64,000 nt of DNA from an uncultured Candidatus Saccharibacteria bacterium. GTDB lineage: Bacteria > Patescibacteriota > Minisyncoccia > Phycocordibacterales > Phycocordibacteraceae. Of the stretch, positions 50,338-58,535 are shown piece after piece. The position numbers and the translations under genes are program-made. Location of the stretch: assembly GCA_964507275.1 (NCBI GenBank), contig CAZDPG010000001.1, positions 276,577 through 340,576 on the forward strand, read 5' to 3'. Below the pieces are notes generated by a model. It was not told the origin of the DNA, did not search any database, and was given only the letters and a program-made list of their open reading frames with translations. Position 1 is the first letter of the stretch; every line of letters begins with the position of its first letter.

Positions 50338-50379
50338 AGACTTCATCCAGAAATACTTTAATATGAATATGGCCTTGCG

Positions 50380-50634
50380 TCAACCCGCCACGACTTCCAT
50401 CGCTTCTTCGAGTCCTCCTATATTCACGGCATTCGTGAAGCCCGCTGATTGCAGGAGTGCACACGCATAGGCGGCTCGTGCGCCTGAGCGGCAATAGAGT
50501 TGGAGCTCTGCATCCCGCTCCACGAGCGCGAGCTCGCCGAAGTGTCCCTCGTCGAGGTCGCTGACCGGGATGTTCACAGCACCCTTGATGTGCCCCATCG
50601 AATATTCTTCAGGAGTTCGTACGTCGATAAGCAT
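50380..50634 (-). CDS. Single-domain rhodanese (sulfurtransferase-like)
   Basis: LIDVRTPEEYSMGHIKGAVNIP and the active-site loop CRSGARA. Confidence 0.8.
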   Translation of the reverse strand: MLIDVRTPEEYSMGHIKGAVNIPVSDLDEGHFGELALVERDAELQLYCRSGARAAYACALLQSAGFTNAVNIGGLEEAMEVVAG

Positions 50635-50637
50635 CGT

Positions 50638-50898
50638 TCATACCGTAGCACAGACCGAAGTGCTCACCAACACTAGCTTCTTTTCGCGCGGCCATGCCTT
50701 AATCTCCGCTTCGCGCTTGCTGGCCGCACTCCGATTCGGATGCGGTTCCGTATACACGATGCGCTTCGCCTTCTTCGATCTGGTGAAGCTACTCCCGATA
50801 CCCTTCTGATGTTCAGCAAACCGCCGCGTGACGTCGGTCGTAATGCCGGTGTAAAGAGAACCGTCCTCGCACTCGAGTAGATAGACGAAGTACTGCAC
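50638..50898 (-). CDS. GIY-YIG nuclease family protein (UPF0213/YhbQ-like)
   Basis: YFVYLLECEDGSLYTGITTDVTRRFAEH…RE..IK. Confidence 0.8.
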   Translation of the reverse strand: MQYFVYLLECEDGSLYTGITTDVTRRFAEHQKGIGSSFTRSKKAKRIVYTEPHPNRSAASKREAEIKAWPREKKLVLVSTSVCATV

Positions 50899-51054
50899 TT
50901 AGTTTTTTTCTCTGTCCGCCCAGAGGAATACTGCGCCGATGACTACCCAGAATGCGACACGCAGCCAATTCTGCGTCTGCACTGCGTCGAGAAGAGCCAC
51001 GCCGAAGAACAGTGCGAAGATTGCGAAATTCGTCCCAAGCTTCAGACCTTTCAT
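50899..51054 (-). CDS. Very small (51 aa) two-TM membrane protein; below the ORF-track cutoff
   Basis: MKGLKLGTNFAIFALFFGVALLDAVQTQNWLRVAFWVVIGAVFLWADREKN, translated by hand. Its stop abuts the GIY-YIG start. Confidence 0.25.
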   Translation of the reverse strand: MKGLKLGTNFAIFALFFGVALLDAVQTQNWLRVAFWVVIGAVFLWADREKN

Positions 51055-51083
51055 AGCTATAGTATAGCCGACCTATCTCTGTG

Positions 51084-51392
51084 CTAGAGCCCGCCGTTTA
51101 GCAGGAGCCCTATGGAGACCAGCACCGCCGTGATGCACACGAAAGATCCTATCGTCATAAGGAAGAGCCGTGTCGCCTCTTTCGGCTTGCTCTCAATCAA
51201 AAACTGAAGCGGCTGATACAGGAAGAAGAATCCCATGAGGGCGGCAGAGAGCACGAAGAGCGACAAGAAAGTGACAGGAGCGATGATGCCCGGCGAAGCA
51301 TCAAACGAATTAGGAACATAAAACACTGCAGACGCGACAAGAGTGATATACGCTGCCGCTGCGAGTGCATTCAGGAATGGGTTCTTTGTCAT
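51084..51392 (-). CDS. Hypothetical three-TM membrane protein
   Basis: Hydrophobic 102-aa ORF on the same strand as its neighbours. Confidence 0.45.
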   Translation of the reverse strand: MTKNPFLNALAAAAYITLVASAVFYVPNSFDASPGIIAPVTFLSLFVLSAALMGFFFLYQPLQFLIESKPKEATRLFLMTIGSFVCITAVLVSIGLLLNGGL

Positions 51393-51456
51393 ACTTACTC
51401 TAACGCACGGACGCGCTCGCGGGTTTCTCCACTCGCGGCGTCTAGCCTCGTTGGTT

Positions 51457-51708
51457 TTAGGATTTCTCCTTCTTCACCACGATGATGGTGCACTTGGTCG
51501 CGAGAGCGGCTATCGCCCCGACGGCAGCGAGCACTGGCACAAGGACAGCACCGATGGCCCCGATTGTGAGCGGTATCTCGATGACTGTCTCCCCGGACTC
51601 ATTCTTGATGATGATGCGCCGTGCATTTCCAGCTGCGATAAGCTCCTTGACCTTCTTCACGACTTCCTTTCCATCGACGCTGAATTCTTCTTGGTTGTTG
51701 GTGTCCAT
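51457..51708 (-). CDS. DUF4342-like small protein
   Basis: GNARRIIIKNESGETVIEIPLTIGAIGAVLVPVLAAVGAIAAL matches the DUF4342 pattern as recalled. Confidence 0.55.
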   Translation of the reverse strand: MDTNNQEEFSVDGKEVVKKVKELIAAGNARRIIIKNESGETVIEIPLTIGAIGAVLVPVLAAVGAIAALATKCTIIVVKKEKS

Positions 51709-51770
51709 ATGCGCCTAGTATACAGAATTTGAGATTCTTGGCTGGCCGTGCGAGACGTTTTCGAGATCTT

Positions 51771-52478
51771 CTAACGAACCTCAAAAAACACTTTCGGTTT
51801 TGTGTCTAGAATATTAGCCTTAATCTCTGGGAATTCCTCCCCTTGTTGGATTCTTTCTACAAACTGTGCAAGCTCTCCGTCAAATGGGTACGCGTACGCG
51901 TCACAGGGAATACCTCTGACGGGTACACGACTTATACACTCTGGCAACTCCTCCAAGATATACGTCGCAAACTTCGATACGTCTTCTTCTGAGAACTTTC
52001 GTTCCTCTTTTGCTATTTGATTTCTTACAATTGCCTTTAAAGCTTCCGCGAACGCCACACTGGATTCAAAAAGTCCATATAGATAGTTCACTTTTCTCTT
52101 GTATGTCGAATCGTCCAGATCTTTCCAGGTAGCATAGAAGACTTTCTCGGCCTCATCCGGCCGGAAATTGATTTTTATATACTCCTCAACTTTAGAGAGG
52201 ATTTCTCTCCCCTTTCCAGTCGCGGAGCGCACCGCCTTATCATAAGGAATACGATTCCTGACTTCTAGGTTTATGGCATGAATCGTGTCAGCGGCGTAAA
52301 CAACCACACTCTCACGAGAGTATTGCAGGGCCCATCGTACGAGTTCCGCTGTATTCTCTACAGAAAACCATTTATTACCAAGACTTATCGCGACTCCGAT
52401 ATTATATTTCCTTGCCTGAAGTTCAGCTTTACTTCCGCCGCGAATCTTATATAGCTCCATGTAACTGGAATATGGCAC
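51771..52478 (-). CDS. Cyclodipeptide synthase (tRNA-dependent CDPS) family protein
   Basis: IGVAISLGNKWFSVENTAELVRWALQYSRESVVVYAADTIHAINL aligns with the AlbC/YvmC pocket block L(I/V)GIS.(G/F)N(S)(Y/R)FS…W…V.V……H. A later YILEELPECI block matches Y(V)(L/I)AE(A/L)P(L/F)F, which carries the catalytic Glu. GTG start at 52478, or ATG at 52460. The gene is clearly lower in GC than its surroundings. Confidence 0.7.
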   Translation of the reverse strand: MPYSSYMELYKIRGGSKAELQARKYNIGVAISLGNKWFSVENTAELVRWALQYSRESVVVYAADTIHAINLEVRNRIPYDKAVRSATGKGREILSKVEEYIKINFRPDEAEKVFYATWKDLDDSTYKRKVNYLYGLFESSVAFAEALKAIVRNQIAKEERKFSEEDVSKFATYILEELPECISRVPVRGIPCDAYAYPFDGELAQFVERIQQGEEFPEIKANILDTKPKVFFEVR

Positions 52479-52494
52479 ATCTTATGAACATTGT

Positions 52495-52524
52495 CAGCTG
52501 GGGGGGGTTAGGGAACAATCCTAG
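52495..52524. repeat. Degenerate direct copy of the tRNA-Gln 3' end (att-site-like remnant)
   Basis: cagctgggggggttagggaacaatcc compares with the tRNA's cagctgggggacagggaatcgaacc. The first 10 nt are identical and the rest partly conserved. It sits 17 nt 3' of the tRNA, between the tRNA and the CDPS start. Confidence 0.4.
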
Positions 52525-52540
52525 AGTCTCCTACACACAG

Positions 52541-52611
52541 CTGGGGGACAGGGAATCGAACCCCGATTAGATCCTTCAAAGGGACCTGTCCGACCATTAG
52601 ACGATCCCCCA
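52541..52611 (-). tRNA. tRNA-Gln (anticodon TTG)
   Basis: 71-nt cloverleaf TGGGGGA-TC-GTCT…, with a U1:A72 pair and G73 discriminator (Gln identity), anticodon loop CTTTGAA and T-loop TTCGATT. Confidence 0.85.
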
Positions 52612-52642
52612 GCTGTGGGCACGAGCGCACAAGGACACATTA

Positions 52643-53677
52643 TCACTTACCTGCTTGTTCAGGAAAGAGCTCGAGGACGGCGAGCTCAAGCGGAAGTGCG
52701 GGGATAGGTGCGTAGCGGATACGGTCAGCGGCAGTGAGGAAGGCGAGCATGGTCGCATGCGTGATGCCCTTCCCTTTTGCGAATTCCTCCAGCGCCACAG
52801 ACTCGTCCGCACCAAGCTCACTCTTGAGCGCTTCACGGAGTTCAGGTGCATAGCGTAGGAGGAGCGTGGAGCGGAGCACTTCGAGTATGAGCTCAAGGAA
52901 GAGCTTCATGTCCGCGTCCGACTTCGCGGCGCTCTCTATCGCGGAGAGCGCAGCTCCGCGCTCTCCCTTAGCAAGGGCGGCTATGAGCGCGTGCACCTGC
53001 TCGCGACGTGGAGCACCGGTCGTCTGCTCCACGATCGTGCGCGACAGAGTCTTCTCTCCTGTCGCAAGCACCTTCTGCAACACAGAGAGTGCATCGCGGT
53101 ATGAGCCGCCGGCGAGCATCGCGATGAGGTCAGCGGCATCAGGCGCGAGCGTGTATCCCTCTCTCGAAGCGACGGCTGCCGTCATCTTGGCGAGGACAGC
53201 ACGTGTCGGCTTCTTGAACTCGAATACCTGGCAACGCGATTGTACCGTCTCAGGCACCTTCGAGAGTTCGGTCGTGGCGAGAATGAACACCGCATGCGCC
53301 GGAGGTTCTTCGAGCGTCTTCAGGAATGCATTCCATGCACCCTTCGAGAGCATGTGCACCTCGTCGAGGATGTACACCTTGTATGGCGACGCGAACGGAA
53401 GCGTATATACGCCGTCAGTGAGCGCGCGGATATCTTCAACGCTGTTGTTGCTCGCTGCGTCGATCTCATAGAGATCATTCTCGGTGCAACCAATAGCGCC
53501 AGCGAATATCCGCGCGACTGAGGTCTTCCCGAGACCGCGCGAACCAGAGAAGAGGTATGCATGACCGATCTTCTTCGCCTTCACCGCTTCCTCCAGCGGT
53601 TTCGTCACCTGTTCCTGTCCCACGACATCAGCGAAGGATGCGGGGCGGTGAATACGATAGAGAGACTGGTGCGCCAT
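52643..53677 (-). CDS. dnaX: DNA polymerase III gamma/tau subunit, short (345 aa, domains I-III only)
   Basis: MAHQSLYRIHRPASFADVVGQEQV start, Walker A GSRGLGKTSVARI, DEVHMLS box and SRC motif. The upstream in-frame extension to 54085 is Arg/Asp-rich and overlaps a divergent gene, so it is treated as spurious. Confidence 0.85.
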   Translation of the reverse strand: MAHQSLYRIHRPASFADVVGQEQVTKPLEEAVKAKKIGHAYLFSGSRGLGKTSVARIFAGAIGCTENDLYEIDAASNNSVEDIRALTDGVYTLPFASPYKVYILDEVHMLSKGAWNAFLKTLEEPPAHAVFILATTELSKVPETVQSRCQVFEFKKPTRAVLAKMTAAVASREGYTLAPDAADLIAMLAGGSYRDALSVLQKVLATGEKTLSRTIVEQTTGAPRREQVHALIAALAKGERGAALSAIESAAKSDADMKLFLELILEVLRSTLLLRYAPELREALKSELGADESVALEEFAKGKGITHATMLAFLTAADRIRYAPIPALPLELAVLELFPEQAGK

Positions 53678-53803
53678 ATCGGAAGTATACAGGGAGGAGG
53701 TTGGAGGTGGTAGTTCAAACAGGACGGTATTTGACAAATCGCATTGATACTCTATGATATAGCCAGGTTCTTTCTTCGACAACGTATACATCGGGAGATT
53801 CGT

Positions 53804-54238
53804 ATGAACGCAACAGCACTCAGTATCAACCACGTCCTGTATGCATTCGGCATCGGGTCGGCCTCCGCTCTCTGGCCCATCATCGGAAGATATTCCGGGG
53901 CGCCGGGGACGTGGATCAACACTGTCGTCATCATCGGGTCGGCCATCAGCGGCATCGCGCTGGCCTACCCTTCGATGAGGGAGCAACCCTTGCCGAGCAT
54001 GAATGCCATCTGGGTTCTGCTTTTCGCAGGACTCGTCAACGGAGCGGCGGTTTACTTCTACTCCGTCAAGGCGGCTGATCCACACGTCCCAATGAACGCT
54101 TTTATCGTCACAACCATCGTCATGATGATTGTGATGACGCTCGCGTTCAATTTCCTTCTGAACGGTGTCGTACCTTCCGTAAAGCAGGGACTCGGACTCA
54201 CCTTTGCAGTCCTGGCAGTCATTCTTCTCGCAAGCTAA
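53804..54238 (+). CDS. Hypothetical four-TM membrane protein (small DMT/EamA-like shape)
   Basis: The internal Met start MNATALSINHVLYAFG is followed by four helices. It is divergent from dnaX. Confidence 0.5.
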   Translation: MNATALSINHVLYAFGIGSASALWPIIGRYSGAPGTWINTVVIIGSAISGIALAYPSMREQPLPSMNAIWVLLFAGLVNGAAVYFYSVKAADPHVPMNAFIVTTIVMMIVMTLAFNFLLNGVVPSVKQGLGLTFAVLAVILLAS

Positions 54239-54255
54239 TCACGGAGACACAAAAC

Positions 54256-54561
54256 ATGTACATCACACACGTCACGCCGCTCGAGAAGAAGGAAGGCGTT
54301 CTTACCCAACTTCCCTTCCTGTGCACGGAACACCAGGACAGCCTCGTATTCCAAATCGGGTTTCAGCCAAACCTGATTCTGGCGATTGACGATGTCCAGG
54401 AACGGGTGAAAATCGGTTCACTCTTCGTCTTACCGAACCCCGTGCATATTGATTCGGAAGCGCGTATTCCCTGGCTCGACCCCAGTGGCCACATCTGGCT
54501 CTTGGATAAGGCAAATCCACACGGAGACCTTCATCCCAAGATCATCGGTTCACTTCACTGA
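54256..54561 (+). CDS. Hypothetical protein (101 aa)
   Basis: ORF with a terminator immediately downstream. No recognisable motif. Confidence 0.4.
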   Translation: MYITHVTPLEKKEGVLTQLPFLCTEHQDSLVFQIGFQPNLILAIDDVQERVKIGSLFVLPNPVHIDSEARIPWLDPSGHIWLLDKANPHGDLHPKIIGSLH

Positions 54562-54567
54562 GACACA

Positions 54568-54611
54568 ACCCGCCGGCAAGAAACCTTGCCTCGGCGGGTT
54601 TCTTGTTTTTA
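54568..54611 (+). terminator. Rho-independent terminator (acccgccg…cggcgggt + ttcttgttttt)
   Basis: 8-bp GC stem enclosing a nested small stem, followed by a T-run. Confidence 0.6.
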
Positions 54612-54619
54612 TTATGGTC

Positions 54620-54657
54620 ATAAAAAATAACGGCCGACTGGGCAACCAGTCGGCCGT
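54620..54657 (-). terminator. Rho-independent terminator for the 54673..55380 gene (12-bp perfect stem acggccgactgg-gcaa-ccagtcggccgt)
   Basis: The minus-strand reading gives the hairpin followed by tattttttatg. Confidence 0.65.
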
Positions 54658-54672
54658 ACACGAGGCTCGTCG

Positions 54673-55380
54673 CTACGCGTTCAGTGCCCGCACGAGTCCG
54701 ATCATTCCTTCAGCGGTGTCGTATCTCGTCCTATCGGCGCGGTCAAGGATGGCGTCCAGCCGGTTGTAGCCGTACTCGTCTCGGTCCAAACACGTGCCAT
54801 GGAAGAGCGCGCTGAATAGATTCTCGCCGGCAATGCCCCATTCGGTATACGGGATGTCCATCCCTATGCACCGGCCGCCATGAGCGTCGAAGATGTGGTT
54901 CTCGCGATCGCTCTTGAGGAGCGGATCCCCACTCTCGAACTGAGTGGTGATGCGATGGAGACCTTCCAAGACACGCTCTCGGAAGGAGTCGAAATACCAC
55001 GCCTTGACCTTCTCGAGAACGAACGCCTGCGACTCGGACGGCAGATGATCAACGATGTAGGCCGTCTGCCGCGGCGTGAGTTCCACGACATGATTGGGAT
55101 AGCTGATTTGGTCGACGAAAACCAGGAACCGCACGTTGAGCCACAGGTCGTCCCCGTACACGATGGGATGACTCAAAATGACGAACGCGGTATCAGCCGA
55201 CATCGGACTTCGCGCGATGCGCTCGATGACGGCTAGACCTTCCTTGCCGTTCAGGCAGAGATGGGGCCGAAACCAACTCTCGGAGGCGGACGTGAGCGAT
55301 GCGACACCTCGGTTCAGATCCTCCTTCAGTTGTGAAGCTTCCTTCAGGGTTACCAGCTTACAGCGTTCATTGTCAGACAT
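54673..55380 (-). CDS. Hypothetical protein (235 aa), monocistronic, flanked by terminators
   Basis: Protein-like composition. No motif recognised. Confidence 0.45.
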   Translation of the reverse strand: MSDNERCKLVTLKEASQLKEDLNRGVASLTSASESWFRPHLCLNGKEGLAVIERIARSPMSADTAFVILSHPIVYGDDLWLNVRFLVFVDQISYPNHVVELTPRQTAYIVDHLPSESQAFVLEKVKAWYFDSFRERVLEGLHRITTQFESGDPLLKSDRENHIFDAHGGRCIGMDIPYTEWGIAGENLFSALFHGTCLDRDEYGYNRLDAILDRADRTRYDTAEGMIGLVRALNA

Positions 55381-55438
55381 GAGATGTCTCCTCGTATCGA
55401 TTTGTTAGGCTGCGGATGTTCTTTATTCCGGTGTGATA

Positions 55439-56416
55439 CTACGACGACTTAATAAATGAGTCAATCTCTGCTTCGAGCCCAGCCGCGGAGGTAGTCTCCA
55501 TGAGTCGCGCACGAAGATGCGCTGCACCGTCGAAGCCGGTAGCGAACGCTTTGATATGCTTCTTGAGTATCGCGAAACTTTTGGGCGGCGTTATCTTCTC
55601 GAAATCATGAGCGAGCTCAATGAGCGCAGCAAGCTTCTCCGAGAGCGGCGTGTCCTCCGGCTTCCTGCCGGCGAAGACCCATGGATTGCCGAACATACCG
55701 CGGCCGATCATCGCGCCGTCGCAGCCACTCTCGAGGACGAGCTGTCTTCCCTGTTCGATACTCGTTACGTCGCCATTACCGATGAGAATGACTTCTGGAT
55801 TGATGCGATTACGCATGGAAACCGCTTTCTTCATGAGCTCCCAGTCGGCCGGCACGAGCGACATCTCCTTACGTGTACGCAGATGGAGCGTGAGCGCAGC
55901 GGGTGCCTCTTCGAGAATGACCGGTAGCCATTCATCGAGTGACTCCTTGCCGTATCCAACGCGCGTCTTCACCGAGACAGGAAGACCACTCGCTTCTTTG
56001 GCAGCCCGGATGACTGCGCGCGCCACCTCTGGCGTCTTTATCATCGCCGCGCCGCATCCCTGCTTCTCGATACTGCGATCGGGACAACCCATGTTCAGAT
56101 CGACACCATCGAAGCCGAGTTCAGCGACGAGTTTGGTCGCGTAAGCGATCATCTCCGGCTTGCTCGAGAATATCTGTGCAACGATGGGATGCTCGCCCGG
56201 ACCCTTCAGGAGATCGCGCATGAGTGGATTCTCCTCATCCTTCATCTTCTGTATCTCTCGCGTATGGTACAGACCATCAGCCGAGACGAACTCGGTCCAG
56301 AAGACGTCCGGCCTCCCGTGCTTAGCGACAAGCGCACGGAAAGCGGCGTCCGTGACGTCCGCCATCGGGGCCATGACAAAACACGGCTTCTTGAGTTCCT
56401 TCCAGAACGATTTCAT
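55439..56416 (-). CDS. dus: tRNA-dihydrouridine synthase
   Basis: CFVMAPMADVTDAAFRAL…GFDGVDLNMGCP…GNGDV FMN-barrel motifs. Confidence 0.9.
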   Translation of the reverse strand: MKSFWKELKKPCFVMAPMADVTDAAFRALVAKHGRPDVFWTEFVSADGLYHTREIQKMKDEENPLMRDLLKGPGEHPIVAQIFSSKPEMIAYATKLVAELGFDGVDLNMGCPDRSIEKQGCGAAMIKTPEVARAVIRAAKEASGLPVSVKTRVGYGKESLDEWLPVILEEAPAALTLHLRTRKEMSLVPADWELMKKAVSMRNRINPEVILIGNGDVTSIEQGRQLVLESGCDGAMIGRGMFGNPWVFAGRKPEDTPLSEKLAALIELAHDFEKITPPKSFAILKKHIKAFATGFDGAAHLRARLMETTSAAGLEAEIDSFIKSS

Positions 56417-56437
56417 ACCGTTACCCTAGCACCAACC

Positions 56438-57274
56438 TTACATTGGCGCTTCTGCTTTCTTCAGATACACCTTCCCCTCGAAACGCAGGTCGACATATTC
56501 GACTGAACCATCGGCGAGATTGAAGTTCGTCCGAGAAGACGTGAGCGCTGTAAAAGCATTCTGTTCGTTCCCGAGCACATAGGTGATGCGCGTCCCGCTC
56601 GCGAGAATATCATCGACTTCATCTCCCTTTATGATGACCCGCACGACTGGAGCGCCAAACGCAGCGAACTGACGCGCGAAGTCGAAAGCAGCAGGAAGTT
56701 TGTCGGCGTGAGCGAGCGAGGCACGAAGCGGTTCAAGTGTCTCTCCCTCAAGCGCCGCATAGAGAGCGAAGTTGTTTACGGTCTGTGTGGAAGTGGCGAT
56801 GACGTCTGCGTCCGCGAAGACGAATCCATTTGCGTCAAAGAGATAGCAGTACTCATCGACCCCTTCCGTGGGAGCGAGCCCGCACCAGCGCGCTATCGGC
56901 ACGCGATAATCCACCCGAATAGAAAGTCCCATCAACCCATTCCGAAAGATCGATACTGCGGCGATGTCCGGATGCTCTTCAATGATGCTCGATCGGATAC
57001 TCGGCGCAGGGAAAAAGAACGTCGAGTTGCGCGGAATGATGCCGAAATAGCTTCCCTGCATCGTGCTTGTCGCGAGGGCGGCAAACGATTGGTCAGCACC
57101 GTACACGACGACGCGCGATATGCGCACCGGACTCTGCCAGAGCCCGTGCAGGATTGCTGCGAGCACGATACAAAAAAGGACACCGCTCGCTATGCGGATG
57201 CGGCGGCGGCGCGTCTTGCGGCGCTCCGCGAGCCGCTCATGACTACGAACCTCTGATGACGGTCTTTCCGACAT
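56438..57274 (-). CDS. FtsQ/DivIB-like POTRA-domain membrane protein (tentative)
   Basis: Basic N-terminus, one TM helix, then a POTRA-like ISRVVVYGADQS followed by a beta-rich domain. Confidence 0.5.
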   Translation of the reverse strand: MSERPSSEVRSHERLAERRKTRRRRIRIASGVLFCIVLAAILHGLWQSPVRISRVVVYGADQSFAALATSTMQGSYFGIIPRNSTFFFPAPSIRSSIIEEHPDIAAVSIFRNGLMGLSIRVDYRVPIARWCGLAPTEGVDEYCYLFDANGFVFADADVIATSTQTVNNFALYAALEGETLEPLRASLAHADKLPAAFDFARQFAAFGAPVVRVIIKGDEVDDILASGTRITYVLGNEQNAFTALTSSRTNFNLADGSVEYVDLRFEGKVYLKKAEAPM

Positions 57275-58511
57275 ACGGCACGAGCGCCTCGGGCACTCGT
57301 ATCGTGCCGTCTGCCTGCTGATAGTTCTCGACGAGGACCGCGAGGAAGCGCGGCGTCGCGAGCGCGGTGTTGTTCAGAGAGTGCGCGAACTTCATGTCGC
57401 CCTGCTCGTCGCGATAGCGGATATTCAGACGACGCGTCTGGAAGTCATGAAAATAAGATGAGGAATGCGTCTCGCGATACTTCCCCTCCGAAGGCATCCA
57501 ACACTCGATGTCGTATTTTTTGACTTGGCCCAAGCCAAGGTCGCCGCCGCAATTCACCACCACATGATACGGGATGCCGAGGAGTTTGATCATTTCTTCG
57601 GCATTCGCCGTGAGCTCCTCATGGTACTTCACGCTCGTCTCGTGCGACGCTTCGCACAGAATCACCTGCTCGAACTTGTAGAACTCGTGCACGCGCACGA
57701 GACCCTTCGTGTCCTTGCCATGTGCGCCTGCTTCGCGACGGAATGCCGGCGAGAACGAGAAGTACTTGATTGGGAACTGTTTCGCGTCGAGCACTTCGTC
57801 CATGTGATAGCCCATCGTTGCGACTTCGGCCGTACCGGAAAGATATTCGCCATCCTGCGTCTTGTAGAGATCCTCTTCAGATTGCGGGAGGTAGCCCGTA
57901 CCCATGAACGGTTCGCGACGCACAAGCGAAGGGACAATCATCGGCGTGAAGCCGCCCTTCTTCACGAAATGATCCGAGATGAAGTGCCAGAGCGCATAGG
58001 AAAGGAGCGCACCATCACCCTTGAGGAAATATCCGCGGAAGCCGGCGACCTTCGCGCCACGCTCGAAGTCGGCCATACAAAGCGACGTCATGAGCTCGAC
58101 ATGGTCCTTCGGGGTAAACGAGAATGCCGCTGTGTCGCCCCACTTCCTCACTTCGACATTCTCAGCATCACTCCCGCCGTCCGGCACAGACATATCAGGA
58201 ATGTTCGGCACGGAGAGCATGAGCTTCTGCCACTCGACCATCACTTCTTTCAGACGCTCCTCGCCTTCGGTCATACCGTCTTTCAGATGACGCATCGCCT
58301 CGAGCAACTTCTCGCGCTCTTCGCCCTGTGCGCGCTGGATCTCAGAACTCCGGCGATTCTGTTCCGAGCGCTTCGCATCGAGCTCCTGGCGGATGAGCTT
58401 GCGCTCGTCGTCGACCTTGATGAGCCGATCGATGTCGACTGAGATGCGCTTCTTCACGGCACCGGCCCGCACGATATCTGCGTTTTCCCGAATGAGATGT
58501 ATGTCGAGCAT
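57243..58511 (-). CDS. serS: Seryl-tRNA synthetase
   Basis: N-terminal coiled-coil arm MLDIHLIRENADIVRAG… and class II motifs 2 and 3. Confidence 0.95.
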   Translation of the reverse strand: MLDIHLIRENADIVRAGAVKKRISVDIDRLIKVDDERKLIRQELDAKRSEQNRRSSEIQRAQGEEREKLLEAMRHLKDGMTEGEERLKEVMVEWQKLMLSVPNIPDMSVPDGGSDAENVEVRKWGDTAAFSFTPKDHVELMTSLCMADFERGAKVAGFRGYFLKGDGALLSYALWHFISDHFVKKGGFTPMIVPSLVRREPFMGTGYLPQSEEDLYKTQDGEYLSGTAEVATMGYHMDEVLDAKQFPIKYFSFSPAFRREAGAHGKDTKGLVRVHEFYKFEQVILCEASHETSVKYHEELTANAEEMIKLLGIPYHVVVNCGGDLGLGQVKKYDIECWMPSEGKYRETHSSSYFHDFQTRRLNIRYRDEQGDMKFAHSLNNTALATPRFLAVLVENYQQADGTIRVPEALVPYVGKTVIRGS

Positions 58512-58535
58512 AGTGCTCCCTAGTATACTTCACTC

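Noticed and set aside
50291-50494. 68-codon Arg-rich N-terminal extension of the TnpA-like ORF
   Set aside because: It would overlap the rhodanese gene and the palindromic hairpin. The internal Met start leaves a sensible intergenic layout.
53678-54085. 136-codon N-terminal extension of dnaX in the ORF track
   Set aside because: The conserved DnaX N-terminus starts at the internal Met. The extension is Arg/Asp/Pro-rich and overlaps a divergent real gene.
57465-58442. 325-aa plus-strand ORF antisense to serS
   Set aside because: Arg/His-rich antisense frame, and serS is unambiguous.
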